Shown: piece by piece, positions 1 to 8,991 of the stretch
How positions within the stretch are numbered: position 1 is the first letter of the stretch
Layout: each line of letters opens with the position of its first letter
Assembly (NCBI GenBank): GCA_964388455.1
Contig: CAYMAN010000009.1
Location: 9,711-73,710, forward strand
DNA length: 64,000 nt
Direction: 5' to 3'
Origin: an uncultured Eubacteriales bacterium
GTDB lineage: Bacteria > Actinomycetota > Coriobacteriia > Anaerosomatales > JAAXUF01
The notes under the pieces: model-generated
Seen by the model: the letters and a program-made list of their open reading frames with translations, nothing else
Databases searched by the model: none
Told to the model about the DNA's origin: nothing
Position numbers and translations under genes: made by a program

Positions 1-120
1 CTTAGTGAGGTCCGGGTAGCTGCCCGACGCATCCCGCAGGTCACACGTATGCGGACATGGGGTATGCACTGGGAGATGATCGCACTGCGAGAGGCAATGC
101 GACTGAGACTAGGGGGCGCA

Positions 121-1848
121 ATGACAACGTGCAGTTTTCGCAAGCCAACGCTGATTCTGATGGGGTTGCTGGTGGGACTGATGCTTGGCGGCTGCACCAC
201 AGAGGTCACGGTGACGAATCCCACAACCGCGGCGAACTCGAAGGCGTGCGGAGACGAGGGCTGCCACGCCCCGGTGGTCTCGAAGCAGGCTGCCGGGCCT
301 CATGAGGCGGCAGCCTGTACGATCTGTCATCCGGGAACCGGCGCAGCGCATGCCAAGGCTCCGAAGGTCGCCGTCGCAACCACTGACTGGCGCGTTGAAT
401 CATGCCGTGACTGTCACGCAGAGGAAGTGGACACCTACCTGTACGACGACAACGCGCAGGCAGGTCCGTTTGGCGGATCGACGCGCATTCCTCCTCAGCC
501 GAAGGTCGCGACGTTCCCTGAGTACAACACCATCGTTGCAGGCAGCGCGTTCGCCAAGGACTACAACGAAGAAGGCGCTCACTCGGTCATGCTTGAGGAT
601 CACTTCGCCACGACTCGCGGCAAGTTCGACACGTGCGTCCAGTGCAAGTCGACCAAGGTGGCCAAGGCGTTCCAGACGGGCTACCCCCTGACGGTCGCAT
701 CGGACACGACGATCACGCTGACGCACACGGCATCCGGAACGGTGCCGGCGAAGCAGGTCTTCATCCCTAAGGGGACCAGACTCACGTACGCAACCGATCC
801 CAAAACGCGCCGCGTTGACTCCAAGGCGGTATTCCCCGACAAGACGACGTACACGTCCAAGCCTTCTGCCAGTGAGGACGCGACCAAGAACTACAACATG
901 ATGTGGGCCGCGACGATCGCCGCGATCAAAGAGACGATGCCGTACGGTGCGAGCTGCAGTCACTGCCATGATCCGCACACCGGGAAGTTCGCCTACGTTC
1001 GTCAGGCGATGATCGAATCCATCGAGGGCACGGGCGGTGTCTCGGGCAAAGGCGGCGTGAATCCCTATGTTGCGGGCTCCGCGAAGAAGATCTCGGAGGC
1101 ATCACTGAAGGATCAGCGCGTCTTGCTCTGTGCGCAATGCCACGTCGAGTACACCTGCGGGAAATCAGGTGTTGACGGCATAGAGCGTGATGCCTACGGC
1201 TGGGCCAAAGCCAAGGACCTCCATAAGGTCTACACGCAGCAGTTCGACTACACCCAGGATTGGACGCAGAAGATCATCGGGCAGCCGCTCATCAAGAGTC
1301 AGCACCCGGAGACCGAACTGTACTGGGAAAGCACGCACTACAACGCCGGCGCGTCGTGCGGCGACTGCCACATGCCAGAGGTGCGCAGCGCACGCGGACG
1401 GGTGTTCCGGAGCCACTGGTTCACGAGCCCCTACAAGTATCAGGACGCGAAGTATTTCACGCCCTTCGCCGAGAAGACGGGCCTGAACCCCGCGTTCAAT
1501 CGCAAACCATGCGCCACCTGCCACGAGGACCGCGAGGCCCAAGGAATCGCCCAGCAGCAGGCGTTCTACAGGCGTCAAGGTGAGATCGAGAAGTTGCTCT
1601 CGGCCTCCGTTGCCCAGCTCGCTAAAGTCGCGGCCGTCAAGCAGGGCGGCGGAAAGCTCGATGCCGCAGCATATGAAAAGGCCGTCGAATCGCATCGGAA
1701 GGCACACGTGATCTGGGAGAACCTCGCTGTCTCAGAGAACTCGATGGGGTTCCACAACTTCGACGAGGTCATGAGCTCGATGGACACTGCCGAGAAGGAC
1801 GTGCGCAGCGCCATCTCGCAGGCGAAGATCGCACGCGGCTCGAAATAG
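121..1848 (+). CDS. Octahaem NrfA/ONR-type cytochrome c nitrite-reductase-like lipoprotein
   Basis: Track ORF 49..1848. I prefer the ATG at 121 (AGGGGG 4 nt upstream), which gives a signal peptide ending in the lipobox LGGC. Haem motifs in order: CGDEGCH (CX4CH, 247-267), CTICH, CRDCH, CVQCK (634-648; the Lys-type active-site motif of NrfA/ONR), CSHCH, LLCAQCHVEY, CGDCHMP, CATCH. Confidence 0.85.
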   Translation: MTTCSFRKPTLILMGLLVGLMLGGCTTEVTVTNPTTAANSKACGDEGCHAPVVSKQAAGPHEAAACTICHPGTGAAHAKAPKVAVATTDWRVESCRDCHAEEVDTYLYDDNAQAGPFGGSTRIPPQPKVATFPEYNTIVAGSAFAKDYNEEGAHSVMLEDHFATTRGKFDTCVQCKSTKVAKAFQTGYPLTVASDTTITLTHTASGTVPAKQVFIPKGTRLTYATDPKTRRVDSKAVFPDKTTYTSKPSASEDATKNYNMMWAATIAAIKETMPYGASCSHCHDPHTGKFAYVRQAMIESIEGTGGVSGKGGVNPYVAGSAKKISEASLKDQRVLLCAQCHVEYTCGKSGVDGIERDAYGWAKAKDLHKVYTQQFDYTQDWTQKIIGQPLIKSQHPETELYWESTHYNAGASCGDCHMPEVRSARGRVFRSHWFTSPYKYQDAKYFTPFAEKTGLNPAFNRKPCATCHEDREAQGIAQQQAFYRRQGEIEKLLSASVAQLAKVAAVKQGGGKLDAAAYEKAVESHRKAHVIWENLAVSENSMGFHNFDEVMSSMDTAEKDVRSAISQAKIARGSK

Positions 1849-1861
1849 TGTCACGGCAGCG

Positions 1862-2686
1862 GTGTACACTGCCCGCATGTCTGACTCAAGCGACATGCGG
1901 GTGGTGTTTCTCGGCTCCGGTTCCGGCGGCAACGCTGTTGCGGTGACCGACGGTGACACCACGGTACTCATAGACTGCGGTTTCTCGGCGCGTGAGGTGG
2001 CACGGCGCATGGCGCTGGCCGGTCTCGATGCGGGATCGGTCGACGCGATCCTGCTCACGCACGAGCACAGCGACCACCTGCGCGGGGTCGAGGTGTTCGC
2101 GAGGCGTCATGGGTGCGAAGTGCTCGCTACCACGGGCACCAGGCGTGCTGCCGGGCTCGACGCGATGGACGCTTGCGTGGTGGGCATCGCCGCCGGTTCC
2201 GAGGTGCGAGTGAAAACGTTGTCGGTGCTGCCGTTCCGCGTCTCGCACGATGCCGCTGAGCCGGTCGGTTTCCGTGTCACTGCAGCCGACGGCACCTGTT
2301 TCGGCCTGGCGACCGACACGGGGGTGCTGACGCCGGAGGCTGCGGAAGGGCTCGCGGGCGTCGATCTGCTGGGACTTGAGAGCAACCACGACCTGCGGAT
2401 GCTGGAAGCGGGGCCCTACCCCGGCTTCCTCAAGCGGCGCATCCTGTCGCGTGACGGGCACTTGTCCAATCCGGATGCGGCGGATGCACTGGAGGCGCTT
2501 GTGTCGAATCGCCTCAAACGGGTGGTCGCGGTACACCGCTCGGATACCAACAACACAGCATCGCTCGCGCGTCGCGGACTAGTGGCGCGTCTGGCCGCGA
2601 TCGGACTGGAGCTGCCGGTCGACGTGGCGCCGCAGAGCACGCCGCTCGACTGCAAACCATCGCAGGGGACGTTGTTCTCGGAGTAG
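1862..2686 (+). CDS. MBL-fold metallo-hydrolase (YycJ/VicX-like)
   Basis: Has the HxHxDH motif LLTHEHSDHLRG and an N-terminal VVFLGSGSGGN strand. The start is uncertain: GTG 1862, ATG 1877 or ATG 1895. Confidence 0.8.
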   Translation: MYTARMSDSSDMRVVFLGSGSGGNAVAVTDGDTTVLIDCGFSAREVARRMALAGLDAGSVDAILLTHEHSDHLRGVEVFARRHGCEVLATTGTRRAAGLDAMDACVVGIAAGSEVRVKTLSVLPFRVSHDAAEPVGFRVTAADGTCFGLATDTGVLTPEAAEGLAGVDLLGLESNHDLRMLEAGPYPGFLKRRILSRDGHLSNPDAADALEALVSNRLKRVVAVHRSDTNNTASLARRGLVARLAAIGLELPVDVAPQSTPLDCKPSQGTLFSE

Positions 2687-2690
2687 CGGG

Positions 2691-4007
2691 TCAGTCTCGG
2701 CCGACCGATTCGAGCAGATGCAGCGCGCTATCGACGTCCGATGCCTCCTGCGCCCCCGCCGCTCGCGCGCGCGTCCACAACTGAGTTGCAACACCGTCCG
2801 TGTAGTCTCGGCCCTCGATGTCGCCGAGAAGTACGACCGGCGTTCCTGACTCGGCGTTCTCGGCGGCGATGCGCAGGTTGTCGACGTTGCCGTGACCGAA
2901 GGGGACGTCGGACACCGCGATCGCGACGGCCGAACGTGCGAGCTCTGCGACGCGGCTGACGCAGGCGGAGTCCATGGGAGCGAACGGCGGGATGAGTGCG
3001 TAGTCGACCCCGAGCGCCTCGGCGAGTGCCTGGTCGACATCGCCTGCGTTGAGCGCACCGGCCACGACTTCCCAACCCTCCAGCACCAGGCGTCGCATCA
3101 GCTGCGAGCCGCACCCTGAGCCGCCGATGACCAGCACGCGACCGCGCGCAACTGGGGCGACGGCGCCGTCGCGCAGCACCGGCGTCACACTGACCGTCCC
3201 GGTGACGGGGTCGATGCCGACTACCGCACGCACGCCGAACACCTCGCGCACGGTGGCTGTGGTGATGGCGCGCGTGGGGGCGTCTGCGGCAGCGATGGTG
3301 CCCGCGGCGACCACGGCGATGCGGTCTGAGTATCGCGCCGCGAGGTCGAGGTCGTGGAATACCGCCAGCACCCCGATGCCCTCGTTGCGAGCGAGGTCAC
3401 GCACGAGGTCGAGAACCTGCAGCCGATGATTGAGGTCGAGGTGGCTGGTGGGCTCGTCGAGCAGCAGGAGCCGAGGCTCCTGCGCGAGCGCCTGAGCGAG
3501 CGCGAGGCGCTGGAGGTCGCCACCGGAGAGCTCGTCGGTCGGCTTCTCGGCCAGGTGCAGTGTGTCGGTGAGTCGCATCGCCCGTTCGACGACTTCGAGA
3601 TCGTGCGCGCCGGGCACTGCGAATCGCGCGAGGTGCGGGTGTCGGCCCATCGTCACGAACTCGCGCGCCTCGATCGAGAACGCCGCTGAGACCTGCTGCG
3701 GCACGACCCCGACGAGTCGCGCACGTTGCACCGCCGACAGCGCTGCAGAATCGGCACCCGCCAGCGACAGCGTCCCGCCGAGCAGGTCGGCGTCGCCGGT
3801 GACCGCTCGGAGCAGCGTCGACTTGCCGGCTCCGTTGGGGCCCACCAGGCCGACGACTTCACCGGCGCGGACCTCGAGCCTTGCGTCGGAGACGACGACC
3901 GCATCGCCATAACCGACTGTGGCTGCGATGTACGAGAGCAGAGGCGTGATGTCGGTGTTCGTCGGGTCGGTGTTCGTCGGGTCGGGGCCCGTCGGGTCGG
4001 GGCTCAT
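2691..4007 (-). CDS. Iron-siderophore/cobalamin-type ABC transporter ATP-binding protein with an extra ~170-aa C-terminal domain
   Basis: Walker A GPNGAGKST, signature LSGGDLQR and Walker B LLLLDEPTSHLD are all present. The start overlaps the permease stop (ATGA at 4004-4007). The protein is 438 aa, whereas this family is typically about 260 aa. Confidence 0.9.
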   Translation of the reverse strand: MSPDPTGPDPTNTDPTNTDITPLLSYIAATVGYGDAVVVSDARLEVRAGEVVGLVGPNGAGKSTLLRAVTGDADLLGGTLSLAGADSAALSAVQRARLVGVVPQQVSAAFSIEAREFVTMGRHPHLARFAVPGAHDLEVVERAMRLTDTLHLAEKPTDELSGGDLQRLALAQALAQEPRLLLLDEPTSHLDLNHRLQVLDLVRDLARNEGIGVLAVFHDLDLAARYSDRIAVVAAGTIAAADAPTRAITTATVREVFGVRAVVGIDPVTGTVSVTPVLRDGAVAPVARGRVLVIGGSGCGSQLMRRLVLEGWEVVAGALNAGDVDQALAEALGVDYALIPPFAPMDSACVSRVAELARSAVAIAVSDVPFGHGNVDNLRIAAENAESGTPVVLLGDIEGRDYTDGVATQLWTRARAAGAQEASDVDSALHLLESVGRD

Positions 4008-4010
4008 CGG
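3951..4010 (-). repeat. Four tandem 15-bp units (gtcggtgttcgtcgg x2, gtcggggcccgtcgg, gtcggggctcatcgg) inside a CDS
   Basis: Read directly from the sequence. The units encode the N-terminal pentapeptide repeats PDPTG/PDPTN/TDPTN of the ABC ATPase. Confidence 0.9.
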
Positions 4011-5071
4011 CGTCGCTCCCCTCTGATCAGCAGCCAGATGAAGAACGGCCCGCCGAGGACGGCGGTCACGATGCCGACCGGTATCTCGATGGGAGCGATG
4101 ATGGTGCGTGCGACCAGATCGGCGAGCACCAGCACCATCGCGCCGGCGAGGAGTGACGCGGGAAGTAGCCTGCGGTGATCGGGGCCGAGCACGAGGCGCA
4201 CCATGTGCGGCACCATGAGCCCAACAAACCCGATAAGTCCCGCGACGGCCACGGCCGCAGCCGTCATCAGCGACGCCGAGGCGAGCATGAGCAGCTTGAA
4301 ACGCTCGACCGACAGGCCGAGATGACCCGCGCGCTCGTCGCCCAGGAGCATGAGGTTGAGCTCGCGAGTAGACAGGAGTGGGAACACGACCCCGAGCACC
4401 AGCATCGGGGCAATCATGGCGATGTAGGGCCAGGACGCCTGCGAGAAGCCGCCCATCATCCAGTAGACGATGGCGGACATCTGCGCGCGCGAGACCACCA
4501 TCAGAAACGACGTGACCGCCGCCAGCGTGTAGGACAGCGCGACGCCGGCGAGCAGCAGCGACGTCGGGTCGAGGCGACCGCGAGTCGATGCAAGCCGCAC
4601 TACCAGCAACATCGTGAGCATAGCGCCCGCGAACGCGGCGAGTGGCACGGCCCCGAACCGCAACATGGTGGCGCTCGCCGTCGCGACGAACGCGATCATG
4701 GCTCCCAGCCCCGCGCCGCTCGAGACGCCGAGGATGTAGGGATCCGCGAGTGGATTGCGAAACAGCGCCTGGTAGAGCGCGCCCGCACCGGCGAGCGCGG
4801 CTCCCACCAGCGCCGCCAACACCACCCGCGGCAGCCGCACACCGACGATCAGCGTGTCGGACAGCCCGGAGGCGGTTCCGGTTAACGCCCTCATCAGCGC
4901 GCCGAGAACCTCACCGGGCGCCACCGACACGGCCCCCCACGCCACGCCCGCCACCATCGCTCCACCGAGTCCGAGCGACAGCACCGTGAACGCGACGACC
5001 GAGGAGACGTGTCGGCGGGTGCGGGTCACAGGATTACTTCGAGACCAGATCAGGATGGAGTGCGGCAGCAA
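4004..5071 (-). CDS. FecCD/BtuC-family ABC transporter permease
   Basis: Polytopic membrane protein with the typical FecCD C-terminus (GIVTAVLGGPFFIWLL). The start is uncertain: TTG 5071 or GTG 5029, the latter lying just after the binding-protein stop. Confidence 0.88.
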   Translation of the reverse strand: MLPHSILIWSRSNPVTRTRRHVSSVVAFTVLSLGLGGAMVAGVAWGAVSVAPGEVLGALMRALTGTASGLSDTLIVGVRLPRVVLAALVGAALAGAGALYQALFRNPLADPYILGVSSGAGLGAMIAFVATASATMLRFGAVPLAAFAGAMLTMLLVVRLASTRGRLDPTSLLLAGVALSYTLAAVTSFLMVVSRAQMSAIVYWMMGGFSQASWPYIAMIAPMLVLGVVFPLLSTRELNLMLLGDERAGHLGLSVERFKLLMLASASLMTAAAVAVAGLIGFVGLMVPHMVRLVLGPDHRRLLPASLLAGAMVLVLADLVARTIIAPIEIPVGIVTAVLGGPFFIWLLIRGERRR

Positions 5072-6008
5072 TCTCCTTCAGGCCCTCGACCACGCGCGGT
5101 CCGGGACGGGACACGAGGTTGTCGTCGAGGATGACGACACGACCGTTCTTTACCGCCGAGAGCTCACTGAAGCCAGCACGCTGCGACAGCTGAGCGGGAT
5201 CGCTCATCGAACCCTTGGTCGCCATGTACACCGCGGGGTTGTCCTTGACGACCTGCTCGGCCGAGTAGGCGACCCAGCTGGGCTGCGTGACGACGTTCTT
5301 GCCGCCAGCGAGCGTGATGAGCTCGTCGAGCAGCGTGCCGGTGCCGGCGGTGTAGAGCGGGTTCTGCGCGATCTCGACGAACGCGGTGACAGCGTCGGTG
5401 GCCTCGACCGACTTGACGACAGCGTCGACGTCGACCTTCATGCCATCGACGAGCGCGGCGGCCTGCGAGATGGCGCCGGTCGCCTTACCGGTGCGCTCAA
5501 TGGCGCTGTACACGCCGTCGAGGTTCTGCGGGTCCAACGCGATGACCGTGGCACCGAGCGCCTCGAGCTTGGCGAGCACTTCTGCCTGCACGCCTGTGGT
5601 CGCCAGAATCAGATCAGGCTTGGCCGCGGCGATCGCCTCGATGTTGGGTGTGGTGAAGTCGCCGATCTTGGTGATCTTGGTGACTTCGGCAGGGTAGTCG
5701 TCGTAAGTGGTGACGCCGACGACCTTCTCGCCAAGGCCGAGCGCGAACGCGATCTCGGTGTTGGCGGGCGCGAGCGAGACGATTCGCTGGGGCTCGGCCT
5801 TGATGGTGACGGTGCGGCTGGCGTCGTCGGTGATGGTCACCGGGAACGTTGCCGCGACTGCCTTGGGGGCCTCGGCGGCGGGCTTCTCGGCAGGGGCGGT
5901 ACAGCCGATGAGAGCGCTCAGGGCGAGCGCGGCGATGGCCACCAGGGCGAACCGGCGGGCGGTGCGGGTGGTGCGGACGTTGCGAGTGGTGCGGGCGTTA
6001 CGGGACAT
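5034..6008 (-). CDS. BtuF/FhuD-type periplasmic substrate-binding lipoprotein (ABC importer)
   Basis: Preferred start is ATG 6008, with GGAGGA upstream. Signal peptide plus lipobox (LIGC). Class III binding-protein features are present (VVGVTTYDDYP, PDLIL). Confidence 0.85.
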   Translation of the reverse strand: MSRNARTTRNVRTTRTARRFALVAIAALALSALIGCTAPAEKPAAEAPKAVAATFPVTITDDASRTVTIKAEPQRIVSLAPANTEIAFALGLGEKVVGVTTYDDYPAEVTKITKIGDFTTPNIEAIAAAKPDLILATTGVQAEVLAKLEALGATVIALDPQNLDGVYSAIERTGKATGAISQAAALVDGMKVDVDAVVKSVEATDAVTAFVEIAQNPLYTAGTGTLLDELITLAGGKNVVTQPSWVAYSAEQVVKDNPAVYMATKGSMSDPAQLSQRAGFSELSAVKNGRVVILDDNLVSRPGPRVVEGLKEIAAALHPDLVSK

Positions 6009-6054
6009 GCATCCTCCTTCAGGGGGTCGTGGTGGACGCGTCCCGCACACACAC

Positions 6055-6089
6055 GAAAACCCGCCACCTGCGATGCAGGATGAGCGGGT
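6055..6089 (-). terminator. Riboswitch expression-platform hairpin (intrinsic terminator/attenuator)
   Basis: On the minus strand: ACCCGC-tcat-CCTGC-atc-GCAGG-tg-GCGGGT followed by TTTTCG. It lies between the B12 aptamer and the binding-protein start codon. Confidence 0.55.
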
Positions 6090-6099
6090 CCTCGACTGG

Positions 6100-6330
6100 T
6101 TCGGAGCGGTTCGGGGTGATCGACGGGGTTCCGGCGACACCGCGAGCCGGCCTCAAGTCCTCGAAGGCCGCGTCGCGCATCACTCGGCAGGTCTCCTGAC
6201 TGGCGATCGCAGCACGCACGGTCGCATCACAGTGGCGGGTACCGTCCCGGATTCTCACCGGGTTCCCTATTCTCCCGCGGCTCTCGCGCACGGGCACCGA
6301 ATGACGCCTGTTCAATTGGCAATGCGGAGA
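6100..6330 (-). promoter_or_regulatory. Cobalamin (B12) riboswitch
   Basis: The minus strand carries AGGGAACCCGGTGAGAATCCGGGACGGTACCCGCCACTGTG (6228-6266) and the B12 box CCAGTCAGGAGACCTGCC (6186-6203). It sits directly 5' of the BtuFCD-like operon. Confidence 0.85.
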
Positions 6331-6389
6331 GTCTACTCGATGAGGGCACGCCCCGACCACAGATGCAGGTCAGACGGCTCAGCAGCAGG

Positions 6390-6971
6390 CTAGAAGAGCT
6401 GCTGCACGGCGTGCGAGGCCGCGGCCGCGCCGTACTCGGCGTAGAAGTCCTCGACGCTGAGGAAGATCTTGGAATCAAGCGCCCAGCCGAGTTGTTCGAG
6501 CGCGTCGATCGCTGCATCGAGCAGGATCGCGTGGTTTGCGAAGATCGCGAGGGTCTCGGCGTTCAGCTCGCGGTAGCCGTTGCCGTAGAGCTCGAACCGG
6601 CTGGCCGGTGTGTGTACCAGCACTGATTCGCAGAAGTTTCCTTGTCCGACGAACTCCAGGCCGAAGACACCATGGTCGCTTTCGAAGCGGCGCCGATACG
6701 ACCGACCGGTGGCCTCGTAGTCGCATGCCCGCGCGAGCACATCGAGATCGCATGCCGTGCGAAACGGGCAGTCAGGCATGACCAGCAGTAGCTCGCGCAA
6801 GTTGGCCAGCATGATCAGGTGCCTGTCAGAGGTGGTGCCGCGCAGCAGTGTGAACGCGAACAGTGCGTCGGAGTCCGCGTGGGCCGAGATGAGCGTTGAG
6901 GCGAGGTCCAGATCGATGCGCTCATCTTCCAAAACGTGCATGGCCCTGCGTGTGGTTGCCACCTGGATCAC
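6390..6971 (-). CDS. Hypothetical protein
   Basis: A 193-aa ORF (GTG start) with coding-like composition. I recognise no motif. The start is uncertain. Confidence 0.45.
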   Translation of the reverse strand: MIQVATTRRAMHVLEDERIDLDLASTLISAHADSDALFAFTLLRGTTSDRHLIMLANLRELLLVMPDCPFRTACDLDVLARACDYEATGRSYRRRFESDHGVFGLEFVGQGNFCESVLVHTPASRFELYGNGYRELNAETLAIFANHAILLDAAIDALEQLGWALDSKIFLSVEDFYAEYGAAAASHAVQQLF

Positions 6972-7102
6972 CCACTGCGGTCGAATTTGTCGTCACCACA
7001 AGTGTCGGCAGCGGAGCGCTGCATTGACTGTGACGAATCTCACAACTCGACCCGCAGGCTTCTTCAGGCTTCTTGGAGAATCCTAAGCTTGGGTGTGGAA
7101 GC

Positions 7103-7807
7103 CTAGCCTGTGGACTCCTCGGCGGACTCCTCGGCGGACTGCTCGGGGCCGACGTAGGACTGCACGACCCACGCAAGCACCACGCAGATTCCGAGCACCG
7201 CAAGTACCATTCCGAAGAACGGTCCCTTGATCTCCCAGCCGGAGTTGAGCACCGGGCTATCGGGGTGCAGGGCGCGCTTGGCGGGATCCAGGAAGATGTC
7301 GGAGAGGAGGATCGCTGCGCCGACCGTGAAGACGAGGTCGCCAACCGCCTTGTGCACGCGCTTCTCGAGTACGAGCCAGTGCAGAAGCATCAGCATCGCC
7401 ACGCCGAGCAGGATCACGAACTGGGCCACGAGTCGGGGGTCCTGGCGCACGGCCATGAGCGGCGACTCCTTGGAGCCGGTGAAGTCCCACGTGTTCAGCG
7501 CTGCGAGGAGACCTAGTACGGAGTTGAGCACCCACAGCGGCGCTGCAATCGCGCGGAAACCGACCTCCCAGGCGTAGACCGAGTCTTTGCGCGTCACGAT
7601 GTAAACGAGCGCAAGGACGCCCATCGAGACGAACAACAACAGGTCGACCCATGTCGAGCCGCCGTGGAACAGCGGGAGCTTGACCTTGTCGCCGAGACCC
7701 TTGACCGCCGGGATGTTGTAGATGATCACGGCAACCGTGATTGCGAGCGCGCCGACGGCGCCGAACGCCGTGGCGAGCGCGGTCTTCGAGAGAGGGGTTC
7801 GGGTCAC
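7103..7807 (-). CDS. Integral membrane protein, unknown function
   Basis: GTG 7807 is preceded by AAGGAG. About 6 hydrophobic helices. The C-terminal acidic tail contains a SAEESAEES repeat. Confidence 0.6.
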   Translation of the reverse strand: MTRTPLSKTALATAFGAVGALAITVAVIIYNIPAVKGLGDKVKLPLFHGGSTWVDLLLFVSMGVLALVYIVTRKDSVYAWEVGFRAIAAPLWVLNSVLGLLAALNTWDFTGSKESPLMAVRQDPRLVAQFVILLGVAMLMLLHWLVLEKRVHKAVGDLVFTVGAAILLSDIFLDPAKRALHPDSPVLNSGWEIKGPFFGMVLAVLGICVVLAWVVQSYVGPEQSAEESAEESTG

Positions 7808-7877
7808 GTCATCTCCTTGTGAGTGTCGGAAACGCACCCATCGTGGCGCGTCGCCGCTAGTCTAACGCAGGAGCGCG

Positions 7878-8828
7878 TTACGCTGCGTCCGAGACAAGCC
7901 CCGTCGCAACGGCCTTTTCGGCGATTCCCTGAGCAGGGACGGCCACGCGCGGGCTCCAAGGCGCCCTGCGGACGGTCGCCAGTGCCACGCCCGCGAGCGT
8001 GACGGCGCCTCCGACCAATGTGAGCATCTGCGGCGCCTCGCCGACCCACAACCATGCGATCGGCACGCCGAGCACCGGCACGAGATACAGGAAGCGTGAC
8101 GCCATGCCCGGCGGCAGTGCCGCAACCGAGTGCGACCAGAGCAGGTAGGCTAAGCCCCCAGGGAATACGGCGAGGAACAACACCGTCGCGAGCTGCGCCG
8201 ACGATGCGGAGGTGAGCGCCGCAAGTGAACCGGGCGCGAACACCATGAACGGGAGCGAACCTGCGACTACAGAGTACGTGACGACCTCGAGCGGCTTGTA
8301 GCGTGAGTACAGCGGCTTGGACAGCACGGTGTAGCCCGCGAAGCTCAGCGCCGCCAGGACCACCAAGCCGGCGCTCCAGCCGATCTGCCCGAATCCGCCG
8401 TTCGCAGAGCCCATCAGCATCAGACCACCCATGCACGCCGCCAGTCCGACCCACGTGAAGCCGTTCGCGACGTCGCGGCCCAGCGCCACAGCGATGAGCG
8501 TCGTGAACACGGGGTTCATGTTGATCAGGAAGCCCGCCATCGACGCCGAGACCCCTTGCTGTCCAAAGACCAGCAGCAACTGATACGCCCCAAAACCAAG
8601 TAGCCCGGTAGCGACGAAGACGGGCACGTCGGCGCGCCTTGGAAGCGGCATGCGTGTCGCGACGCCGTACCCGGCGAAGAGCAGCGCCGTGAGCGTCCAA
8701 CGCAGAAAGAGCAGGTGGCCAGGTGAGAAGTGCCTGAGCGCGACAACCAGGCCCGCGAACGTGGTGCTCCATATGAGGATCGTCGTCGTGATGGCGACGA
8801 TGGTGCCTATGCCGTAGCGCTTGACCAT
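7878..8828 (-). CDS. EamA/DMT-family transporter
   Basis: Ten-TM duplicated EamA architecture. The N-terminus (IWSTTFAGLVVAL) is typical of the DMT superfamily. Confidence 0.85.
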   Translation of the reverse strand: MVKRYGIGTIVAITTTILIWSTTFAGLVVALRHFSPGHLLFLRWTLTALLFAGYGVATRMPLPRRADVPVFVATGLLGFGAYQLLLVFGQQGVSASMAGFLINMNPVFTTLIAVALGRDVANGFTWVGLAACMGGLMLMGSANGGFGQIGWSAGLVVLAALSFAGYTVLSKPLYSRYKPLEVVTYSVVAGSLPFMVFAPGSLAALTSASSAQLATVLFLAVFPGGLAYLLWSHSVAALPPGMASRFLYLVPVLGVPIAWLWVGEAPQMLTLVGGAVTLAGVALATVRRAPWSPRVAVPAQGIAEKAVATGLVSDAA

Positions 8829-8991
8829 AAGGTGCGTCTCCCGGTCCTGTCGCCCCAGAGGGAGGGCGCGTGCGTGTTCGGGAAGTGTAGTCCGCTTGGG
8901 CGACGATTGGCAGGACGAACCGCAAGCCTGATGCTACGATTACCTACGATTACGATTATGTTCCATCTCTGTACCTACGAAGGGAAAGCCA

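Noticed and set aside
4854-6083. 409-aa ORF on the plus strand
   Set aside because: It is antisense to the BtuF-like binding protein and part of the permease, and is a shadow ORF.
6009-6140. 5' extension of the BtuF-like ORF
   Set aside because: It would run into the riboswitch expression platform. ATG 6008 has a GGAGGA RBS and yields a normal lipoprotein signal peptide.
7103-7807. Possibility that this membrane protein is a cytochrome c maturation factor (CcsA/ResC or CcdA)
   Set aside because: It lacks the WG..W.WD tryptophan-rich motif and the CcdA cysteine pair. Only generic TM helices are present.
7804-8925. 373-aa ORF on the minus strand, overlapping the EamA gene in another frame
   Set aside because: The frame 7878..8828 gives a clean 10-TM DMT transporter. 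The alternative frame is Arg/Ala/Gly-rich with no features.
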